From positions 1 through 14,521 of the forward strand of contig CAYYQL010000018.1 in assembly GCA_964473825.1 (NCBI GenBank): DNA of 14,521 nt, given 5' to 3'. This document shows positions 1 to 7,148 of this stretch, in pieces. This stretch comes from an uncultured archaeon. Lineage in GTDB: Archaea; Asgardarchaeota; Thorarchaeia; Thorarchaeales; Thorarchaeaceae. Within the stretch, counting starts at the first letter, position 1. Every line of letters starts with the position of its first letter. The translations under genes were made by a program, and so were the position numbers. The notes beneath the pieces were generated by a model. That model worked only from the letters and a program-made list of their open reading frames with translations. It ran no database searches and was not told the DNA's origin.

Positions 1-115
1 ACGGATAGGCTTGAAATCGTCGTAGTTTCTGTAGTGGAGCTTGACTCTATCGGCCAGAACATTCAAAACAGCAACAGATGTTTTTTGCCCTAGACCCGTT
101 TGAGGTAGAGCACTG

Positions 116-1663
116 ATGTCCCATGATGAATTTGATTTTCTCAGAGAGAAACGAGAGGAAGCCAAGCTTGGAGGTGGCGAGAAGCGCATTCAGCGTGAAC
201 ATGAACGCGGCCGCCTGACCGCACGAGAACGGATTGACCGTCTCTTCGACGCAGATTCATTTGTTGAGATTGATGAGTTTGTGGTCCATCGGGAATCCAA
301 CTTCGGCATGGAAGACAAGAAAATCCTTGGAGAGGGCGTGATAACTGGTTACGGGAAAATCAACGGACGGAAAGTCTTCATCTTCAGCCAGGACTTCACG
401 GTCTTTGGTGGCTCTCTCTCCGAGATGTACGGTGCAAAGATTGTGAAGATAATGGACTTGGCAATGGAGGCAGGTGCTCCTGTCATTGGTCTGAATTCGG
501 GCGCAGGTGCCCGAGTACAAGAGGGAATCAAAAGCCTCGTGGCCTATTGTGACATTTTCAGACGCAATACCCATGCTAGTGGAGTAATACCTCAGATTTC
601 AGCCATCATGGGTCCGTGTGCGGGAGGAGCGGTCTACAGCCCGGCTGTCACCGATTTCACACTCATGGTGAAGGAGACCTCACACATGTTCATCACCGGT
701 CCTGATGTAATCGAAACCGTGACTGGTGAGAAGGTGACTTTTGAAGAGCTCGGAGGCGCCATGACCCATGCCTCGCGCAGCGGCGTGGCACACTTTGCGT
801 CCGAAGATGAAGACCACTGCTTCGAACAGGTCAAACGTTTGCTCAGCTACATTCCAGACAACAACATGTCGGACCCTCCACGAGTGGATACGGGGCATCT
901 TCCAGATGACTATGACGAAGCAATCGATGAGGTTGTACCCAGCGACCCAAACAGACCGTATGATATGCGTGATGTCGTGACCAAGCTCGCTGACAACGGT
1001 GAGTTCTTCGAGGTTCATGAGCACTGGGCAAGGAATATGCTGGTGGGATTCGCTCGGTTCGATGGACGCTCGGTGGGCATCGTAGGGAACAACCCCGCCC
1101 ATCTTGCCGGAACCTTGGACATCAATGCCTCCGACAAATGCGCACGATTTGTTCGCTTCTGTGATGCGTTCAACATTCCCATCCTCACATTCATGGATGT
1201 ACCTGGGTATCTTCCTGGTTCAGAACAAGAATGGGGCGGCATCATACGTCATGGAGCAAAGATTCTGTATGCCTATGCTGAAGCGACTGTCCCTCTGATC
1301 ACCATCATCACTCGGAAAGGTTATGGTGGCGCCTACGACGTCATGTCTTCTCGCCATATCGGCGCAGATCTTGTTTTCGCTTGGCCGGGTGCCGAAATTG
1401 CTGTGATGGGGCCTCAGGGAGCCTGCAATATCATATTCAGGAAGGAGATTGCTGCGGCAGACGACCCCGAGGCTAAGCGTGCTGAACTTGTTGAGGAATA
1501 CCGAGAAAAATTCGCAAATCCCTATGTGGCTGCAGGTCTCGGGTACATAGACAAAGTCATCTTCCCACATGAGACTCGTCTAATGATATGCAAGGGCTTG
1601 GACGTATTGGCTACAAAGCGGCAGAGTCGTCCAGCAAAGAAGCATGGAAACATTCCACTTTAG
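116..1663 (+). CDS. pccB: Acyl-CoA carboxyltransferase (propionyl-CoA carboxylase beta / methylmalonyl-CoA carboxyltransferase 12S / MmdA family), 515 aa
   Basis: Family motifs GRLTARERI, QDFTVFGGS, GARVQEG, GPCAGGAVYSPA, FVRFCDAFNIP, DVPGYLPG, GGAYDVM and C-terminal KKHGNIPL. SD-like GAGGT at 102-106. Confidence 0.95.
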   Translation: MSHDEFDFLREKREEAKLGGGEKRIQREHERGRLTARERIDRLFDADSFVEIDEFVVHRESNFGMEDKKILGEGVITGYGKINGRKVFIFSQDFTVFGGSLSEMYGAKIVKIMDLAMEAGAPVIGLNSGAGARVQEGIKSLVAYCDIFRRNTHASGVIPQISAIMGPCAGGAVYSPAVTDFTLMVKETSHMFITGPDVIETVTGEKVTFEELGGAMTHASRSGVAHFASEDEDHCFEQVKRLLSYIPDNNMSDPPRVDTGHLPDDYDEAIDEVVPSDPNRPYDMRDVVTKLADNGEFFEVHEHWARNMLVGFARFDGRSVGIVGNNPAHLAGTLDINASDKCARFVRFCDAFNIPILTFMDVPGYLPGSEQEWGGIIRHGAKILYAYAEATVPLITIITRKGYGGAYDVMSSRHIGADLVFAWPGAEIAVMGPQGACNIIFRKEIAAADDPEAKRAELVEEYREKFANPYVAAGLGYIDKVIFPHETRLMICKGLDVLATKRQSRPAKKHGNIPL

Positions 1664-1915
1664 AGACCGCTCAGTGCAGATTGAACGACCCATGACACTA
1701 GTTGTGGTACGTTATTACAACGGCAGCTAAGTGACTCTCTAAGCCCTAGAAACTATCAGATTGATGGTTCTTTCTGAAGGCATTAGATTGTCAGATGCTT
1801 AGAACACGTGTTCCAATCTAACCGATTGGTCATCTGAATGTTTGCAAGATGACAAGAATCCAGCAGAAACTAGGCTCTGAGGCTTAACTAGGCTATGGAT
1901 TCATCATACATTCAT

Positions 1916-1923
1916 CTTAAAAG
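1916..1923 (+). promoter_or_regulatory. Putative archaeal TATA box for the 1956 gene
   Basis: CTTAAAAG about 33 nt upstream of ATG 1956. Positional inference only. Confidence 0.35.
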
Positions 1924-1955
1924 GCTCAGAACTGATTTTAACTATAGTGATAGCT

Positions 1956-3305
1956 ATGCGCGCCAAGAAAATGCAACTCATGGCCCTATGGGCCGCTCTG
2001 ATGCTCGTGATGCCTTTCGCGTACCTCCCTCTGGGCACTGCCTATGAGCCAGGTGACGAGGCTGAGGTATTCGGGCACACATTTGCTGAGGAATACTGGA
2101 CTAACGACTCCATCAATGTACAGACAGGTAATGGAAATGCAAGTTTCACCGCTTCGTATGTACACGTTGATGAGTTCTCTGCATTCCTCATCGCTTTCAA
2201 CAGAATAGTGACAAACGACAGCACTGAGATCATTCTGCCCTACCAGCTCTTCGGCATGAACTACAAGACCCCTCAGAACAAGGAGGTCTTCATCGGCTCG
2301 ATCTTTGCTTTCTTCCTGGTCCACAACGAGACCTTCGGGGACAACAATCTTCCGGATGTAGGAAATGAGGATGCCTGGTATATCGTGCCGATGTCGACGG
2401 GCAATCCATGGGGAGATGTAACTCCAGACGTTGAAGCAATACCCGTTGAGAAGATGGGTGAGGGTCACTACAGATTCGGGATGCGATACACCAACATGAG
2501 CGCAAGGGTTGTGTCTGCCCAGGGTGGCTTCTGGCTCAGCCTTCTGCTCCCGTTCATGACTGTGCTGTTCAGCGAGATAGTAATTGAATATGACATCCAG
2601 ATAGATCAGACAACGGGCGAAGTACATGCTGAGACCGTCTACACCATAGGGCAGGTCGAGCGAGTTCGGATGGGCTTTCAGGACAAAGATCCGTCGGAGG
2701 TCATCACCGAGACCATGGCGATAAGCGCGGTTCATTATCTCTCAACCTTTGAGAGCAACTACAACGTGACCCGCAGCTCCAATGGGAACAAGATTACTCC
2801 TCCGACTAGTACACAATTGCTGGATGACAACCTGACCATAACGATTGGTGATGATCAGGAGCGGGCATTTGATATCGGTCTGGGCCGAGAATACGATCTC
2901 ATAAACGAAACAAGCGGAATCACAGTCTTAGAGGGTGTTAATGCTCTGAACGCTCTGCTGGCTATGAATCCCGGAGACTTCCTCCTCATAGCATGGCAAG
3001 CACCCCTGTCTGCATTCCTCTTTGCTCACATGGCCTATGGACTATCTGCTCAGGTCAGGAATACGTACAATAGTCCACAGCATCTTGTGAACAACGCACA
3101 GACCGCATTTCATAGTAGTCAATGGTGGTACTCGGTGAGCTTTCCGGAGTGGAATGGTCTGAGAATTCAACAGGATCCTGTGTACGTCGCGTACACCAAT
3201 CTGGCAGAAGGTGCTCCAGTTCCTAGCGACGGCGGTGGACTTCTGTTGCTCGCAATCGGCATTGTGGCGGTTGTGGCAATCTTCTGGGTCATCAAGCGTA
3301 GATAG
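1956..3305 (+). CDS. Secreted, C-terminally membrane-anchored surface glycoprotein of unknown function (about 449 aa; alternative GTG start at 1947)
   Basis: N-terminal signal peptide (RAKK followed by a hydrophobic stretch). Eight N-X-S/T sequons. Beta-rich acidic body. C-terminal TM helix LLLLAIGIVAVVAIFWVI followed by KRR. Confidence 0.85.
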   Translation: MRAKKMQLMALWAALMLVMPFAYLPLGTAYEPGDEAEVFGHTFAEEYWTNDSINVQTGNGNASFTASYVHVDEFSAFLIAFNRIVTNDSTEIILPYQLFGMNYKTPQNKEVFIGSIFAFFLVHNETFGDNNLPDVGNEDAWYIVPMSTGNPWGDVTPDVEAIPVEKMGEGHYRFGMRYTNMSARVVSAQGGFWLSLLLPFMTVLFSEIVIEYDIQIDQTTGEVHAETVYTIGQVERVRMGFQDKDPSEVITETMAISAVHYLSTFESNYNVTRSSNGNKITPPTSTQLLDDNLTITIGDDQERAFDIGLGREYDLINETSGITVLEGVNALNALLAMNPGDFLLIAWQAPLSAFLFAHMAYGLSAQVRNTYNSPQHLVNNAQTAFHSSQWWYSVSFPEWNGLRIQQDPVYVAYTNLAEGAPVPSDGGGLLLLAIGIVAVVAIFWVIKRR

Positions 3306-3319
3306 ACTCAAACTCTGTG

Positions 3320-3369
3320 CTCGAGCCCCATATCAGGGGTTCGAGACCCCCCCTCTTCTTTTTTTCTTT
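3320..3369 (+). terminator. Hairpin plus pyrimidine/T-tract terminator
   Basis: CTCGAGCCCC (3320-3329) pairs with GGGGTTCGAG (3336-3345), 10 bp with one G-U. A CCCTCTTCTTTTTTTCTTT tract follows. The stem starts 15 nt after the stop at 3305. Confidence 0.7.
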
Positions 3370-3550
3370 GCAACCAGAGCTTGCGAATCTTGCGCCAGCG
3401 GTTGCTGGAAGAATACACCCTCTTACACCAGGTGCTCACACGAGAAGGCGGCACAAGGGCCTGCTATGGTGGCGCTGTTTCAATGCTTCTGAGAGTTCAT
3501 CGTAGTAGACTCCAAATACTGAAGATACAAAATGCGAGTAGGTGTTCGCG

Positions 3551-3814
3551 ATGGTGAAATACGAGGGACGTGGGCTATCAACAGACGACCCCATAGTCAT
3601 ATCTAATGTAATCGGTCACACAGAAGCCATCGAGGCAGAATATTCGTATCTCTCCCGTAAGTATGGAGTGAAGGGCACTGACTGGAATCTCGTGCGTCAG
3701 GCACTGCTGAGTATCGATGATCGCTGGATCGACCAGATGGACATCAGTCTTGCAGATGGAACGGAGGTCGTGCTCTATTTCGACATCACCAAGTACTGGG
3801 GAAAGTTCGAATAG
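3551..3814 (+). CDS. Small hypothetical protein (87 aa; GTG 3542 is an alternative start)
   Basis: Protein-like pattern G-x-S-x-D-D-P-I-V-I...AEY-x-YL...YG...W...Q-x-L...D...YFDIT-x-YWGK, which resembles a widespread uncharacterised small domain (from recall). SD-like AGGTG at 3540-3544. Confidence 0.75.
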   Translation: MVKYEGRGLSTDDPIVISNVIGHTEAIEAEYSYLSRKYGVKGTDWNLVRQALLSIDDRWIDQMDISLADGTEVVLYFDITKYWGKFE

Positions 3815-3861
3815 GGGTCTCGCCATGTTAGGAGGGATGCTTCTGCATCATAGACAGATGC

Positions 3862-3897
3862 TATTATATTGCAAGATGTGACATGACCCGCGGGTCA
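3862..3897 (+). promoter_or_regulatory. TATA box plus perfect 14-bp palindrome (candidate operator) for the carboxyltransferase-BCCP-thiolase operon
   Basis: TATTATATT at 3862-3870. TGACCCGCGGGTCA at 3884-3897, ending 2 nt before ATG 3900. No clear SD, consistent with a short-leader or leaderless transcript. Confidence 0.55.
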
Positions 3898-3899
3898 CA

Positions 3900-5417
3900 A
3901 TGACAAGGCTGCAGATTACAGACACAGTCCTCAGAGATGCACATCAGTCCCTTCTCGCGACAAGAATGAAGACAGAACATATGCTGCCAATCTGTGAGAA
4001 GCTTGACCAGGTTGGTTACTGGTCCCTCGAGATGTTCGGAGGCGCCACCTTCGATTCCATGATGCGCTTTCTGGATGAGAACCCTTGGGAGCGGCTTGAG
4101 GTTCTGCGCGAAGCCCTTCCAAACACCCGTCTACAGATGCTTCTTCGGGCACAGAATGTCGTGGGCTACCGTCACTATGCCGATGATGTTGTTGAGGCCT
4201 TTGTTCATCATGCTGCAGATGGGGGTATTGATGTCTTCCGGATCTTTGACGCTTTGAATGACATCAGGAACATGAAACATGCAATCAAGTGTGTGAAGAA
4301 TGAGAGTGCTCATGTCCAAGCCAGTATCAGTTATACACTCAGTCCAGTACACACACTTGAGAAGTTTGTTGAGAAGTCTGCTGAACTGGCGTCATTGGGA
4401 GCAGACTCAATCTGCATCAAAGACATGGCGGGTTTGATTTCTCCGAGTGCGGCATATGATCTCGTGAAGATGCTGAAGGACGACATTGGACTTCCAGTGC
4501 AGCTCCATTCTCACTACACCAGTGGGATGGCGTCGATGGCCTACATGAAGGCGGCCGAGGCTGGTGTAGATGTTGTGGACTGCGCAATCTCCTCACTCTC
4601 ACTTGCTACTTCCCAACCTGCAACTGAGTCTATTGTTGAGGCCTTGAGAAACACGCCGCGAGATACAGGTCTGGATATGGCTCTGCTTGCTGAGATTGCA
4701 GACTACTTCCGGGAGATTCGTGGTAAGTACGCCGGTTTTGAAGGAAGCCTCAAGGGCGTGAATCCTCAGGTTCTGCGATTCCAGATTCCAGGAGGTATGC
4801 TCTCGAATCTAGACAACCAATTGAGGGAACAAGGTGCACTCGACAAATATGATGAGGTACTGAAGGAGGTTCCCAGAGTCCGTGCAGAACTCGGCTATCC
4901 TCCACTGGTGACCCCGTCAAGCCAGATTGTGGGAACTCAAGCCACTCTCAATGTCATCACTGGAGAACGCTATCAGATGATTCCGCACGAGGTCAAGCAG
5001 TACATCAGAGGCCACTACGGTCGCCCGCCAGCTGAGATTGACCCCGAAGTCAAGAAGAAGGCAATTGGCGATGAGGAACCGCTCGATTGCAGACCTGCTG
5101 ATTTACTAGAGCCAGAACTCCCCAAGGCAAGGGAGGCTCTGAAGGACATCCCTCATGAAGAACGCGACCTTGTGAGCTATGCACTGTTTCCCCAATACGC
5201 ACTTGATTTCTTGAAACGCAAGGCGGAGAAGAAGCTCAGAGGAGAAATGACTCTGGAACATGAGGTGGCCATCATCTCAGCTGTACTTCATATGAAACAC
5301 CAGGTTGCTTCTGCAGGCATTCATGACCAGCAAGGCTACAGCGTTGGACGCTGGGGTCGTAGTAGTTCAGCATGGACCATGGCTGGGCGAATGGAGCTCA
5401 TGCGAGGCGGAATATAG
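3900..5417 (+). CDS. oadA: Pyruvate/oxaloacetate carboxyltransferase (OadA / PycB / transcarboxylase 5S family), 505 aa, no fused biotinyl domain
   Basis: RDAHQS, GGATFD, FRIFDALND, IKDMAG (carbamylated Lys), HSH metal ligands, IPGGMLSNL and GYPPLVTPSSQIVG. No EAMKM motif. Confidence 0.93.
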   Translation: MTRLQITDTVLRDAHQSLLATRMKTEHMLPICEKLDQVGYWSLEMFGGATFDSMMRFLDENPWERLEVLREALPNTRLQMLLRAQNVVGYRHYADDVVEAFVHHAADGGIDVFRIFDALNDIRNMKHAIKCVKNESAHVQASISYTLSPVHTLEKFVEKSAELASLGADSICIKDMAGLISPSAAYDLVKMLKDDIGLPVQLHSHYTSGMASMAYMKAAEAGVDVVDCAISSLSLATSQPATESIVEALRNTPRDTGLDMALLAEIADYFREIRGKYAGFEGSLKGVNPQVLRFQIPGGMLSNLDNQLREQGALDKYDEVLKEVPRVRAELGYPPLVTPSSQIVGTQATLNVITGERYQMIPHEVKQYIRGHYGRPPAEIDPEVKKKAIGDEEPLDCRPADLLEPELPKAREALKDIPHEERDLVSYALFPQYALDFLKRKAEKKLRGEMTLEHEVAIISAVLHMKHQVASAGIHDQQGYSVGRWGRSSSAWTMAGRMELMRGGI

Positions 5418-5430
5418 GAGGCACAAGGAG

Positions 5431-5964
5431 ATGTCACAGCAGTACAACGTAAGCATCGACGGCAAGAACCTTGAAGTAAGTATTCAGAGACTCGATGAGG
5501 GAGGTGTCTTGGTCGTCAAGGTCGGAGATCAGAGCTTCACAGTCACCACTCAACCACCCGATGAAGATGAGGCATGGACAGTCAACGAACGCGACTCGAA
5601 ACATCAGGTCAGACTCTTGAACCGTTCGGGACACACCTACGATCTCGAGTTTGATGGGACAAAACGAGCAGTTGAATTCACTCGCGTGAGAAAGGCAACT
5701 ACCCCCACGGCTGATGCACCATCCACAAGCGGTAACGGAGCAGATCGACTACCTGGCGGAGTTTATCCACCTATGCCGGGGAAGATCACTGAGGTTCATG
5801 TTTCGGTGGGCGACAATGTGAGTAGTGGCGACACACTGTGCATCCTTGAGGCCATGAAGATGTTCAACGAGCTCAAGGCCACCAAAGATGGCGTAGTAAA
5901 GGACGTGAACGTACAAGAGGGTTCATCTGTCACTCCCAGTGACCTAGTCATATTGATTGAGTGA
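5431..5964 (+). CDS. Stand-alone biotin carboxyl carrier protein (177 aa)
   Basis: PMPGKI...LEAMKM with the biotinylated Lys (codon 5857-5859) 35 residues from the C-terminus. A Thr/Pro/Ala/Ser linker precedes the domain. GGAGG at 5417-5421 supports ATG 5431 over the track's 5305 start, which overlaps the upstream gene. Confidence 0.93.
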   Translation: MSQQYNVSIDGKNLEVSIQRLDEGGVLVVKVGDQSFTVTTQPPDEDEAWTVNERDSKHQVRLLNRSGHTYDLEFDGTKRAVEFTRVRKATTPTADAPSTSGNGADRLPGGVYPPMPGKITEVHVSVGDNVSSGDTLCILEAMKMFNELKATKDGVVKDVNVQEGSSVTPSDLVILIE

Positions 5965-5979
5965 CGGAGGTATCTCCTG

Positions 5980-7146
5980 ATGGAACCGGTCTACGTGATT
6001 GGGGTCGGCATGACTCCATTTGGAGTTCTGAAGGAGTCGATCCTTGAGCTTGCGGTCTCGGCCGCAGTGGAGGCCGTCAAAGATGCTAGAGCAGAGGATG
6101 TACCTTTTGACAGGTTGTTTGTGGGAACCCAGAATCCTGATGAGTTCACACAGATTGGCCATCTATCCACTCTTCTTGCGGACCATATCGGCATCGTACC
6201 TGCTGCAGCAACACGTGTTGAGAGCGGCCCCTCCTCTGGGTCCAGCGCCTTCGAGGCAGGTTTCGCATCGATTTCTTCTGGGATGTCTGAGTCAGCCGTT
6301 ATCATTGGCGTCGAGAAGATGTCTCAGGTTGGTCGAGCAGAGGCATCAGGCATACTTGCCAAGATGATGTCCTACGAGAATGAAATTCGATACGGCGGGA
6401 CACCTGCAGCATTAGCCGCTCTTGTTGCCAGAAGGTACATGCACGACTATCGTCTAAAACGGGAGGAACTCTCTCTTGTCCCGGTCAAGGCACATAGGAA
6501 CGGTGCGAAGAATCCTCTCGCTCACTTTCAGAAGGAGGTCTCGGTGGAGAAGGTGAACAGTGCCCGACTCGTTGCTGATCCACTAACGCTATACGACTGC
6601 TGCCCGACAAGTGATGGATCAGCTGCTGTCGTGTTGGCCTCTGAGCGGCTTGTCAAACAGCTTGACCTCAAGGACCTAGCAGTGAGAATACTGGGTATCG
6701 GACATGCCACGGACTACCACTCGATCCAGCACAGGCTTTCCTTGACTTCAATGAACGCTACGGTGGTAGCCGCGCAACGCGCATTTGCCATGGCAGGTCT
6801 GGAGCCTGCTTCCATAGATGTCTGTGAGTTGCATGATGCCTTCTCTATACTAGAACTCATTGATATGGAGGACATAGGGATAGTGCACCCGGGGCATGCT
6901 ATCGAGGCTGTCAAGGATGGCAAGACTGAGGTTTCAGGTGACATGCCTGTGAATCCTACTGGAGGTCTCAAGGCACGGGGGCATCCCACGGGCGCAACTG
7001 GCGTGGCCCAGATTCGAGATATCGTTCTGCAACTGCAGGATAGGGCTCCCAAGGGTCTCCAAGTAGAGTCCCCCACTGCGGGTCTAACGCACAACATCGG
7101 CGGATTTGGAAACAATATGGTGGTGTGTATTCTGCAGGCCCCCTAG
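5980..7146 (+). CDS. Thiolase-family (SCP2/archaeal-type) protein lacking the nucleophilic Cys, 388 aa
   Basis: VIGVGMTPFG, GVEKM, NPLAHF, DCCPTSDGSAA, ELHDAF, VNPTGGLKARGHPTGATG and HNIGG. ESGPSSG sits where E-x-x-C-A-S-G is expected. SD GGAGGT at 5966-5971. Confidence 0.92.
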   Translation: MEPVYVIGVGMTPFGVLKESILELAVSAAVEAVKDARAEDVPFDRLFVGTQNPDEFTQIGHLSTLLADHIGIVPAAATRVESGPSSGSSAFEAGFASISSGMSESAVIIGVEKMSQVGRAEASGILAKMMSYENEIRYGGTPAALAALVARRYMHDYRLKREELSLVPVKAHRNGAKNPLAHFQKEVSVEKVNSARLVADPLTLYDCCPTSDGSAAVVLASERLVKQLDLKDLAVRILGIGHATDYHSIQHRLSLTSMNATVVAAQRAFAMAGLEPASIDVCELHDAFSILELIDMEDIGIVHPGHAIEAVKDGKTEVSGDMPVNPTGGLKARGHPTGATGVAQIRDIVLQLQDRAPKGLQVESPTAGLTHNIGGFGNNMVVCILQAP

Positions 7147-7148
7147 GA

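Noticed and set aside
1-115. Short minus-strand frames open to the window edge (e.g. LNVLADRVKLHYRNYDDFKPIR)
   Set aside because: About 20 codons with no recognisable motif or secure start. Cannot be supported without flanking sequence.
1986-2735. 249-aa antisense ORF, plus other antisense ORFs such as 680-1102, 6714-7115 and 13546-14097
   Set aside because: All lie opposite well-supported genes and show no motifs. They are expected codon-bias shadows.
3335-3351. GGGGTTCGAGACCCC resembles a tRNA T-arm or att-site remnant
   Set aside because: No acceptor, D or anticodon arm can be built, and there is no second copy or integrase. The position before a T-tract fits a terminator.
3211-3505. ORFs 3211-3492 and 3317-3505
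   Set aside because: They run through the terminator T-tract, one overlaps the upstream gene, and neither has protein-like features.
5305-5430. Extended N-terminus of the biotin carrier in the ORF track
   Set aside because: It overlaps the upstream CDS by 113 nt. The SD at 5417-5421 supports ATG 5431.
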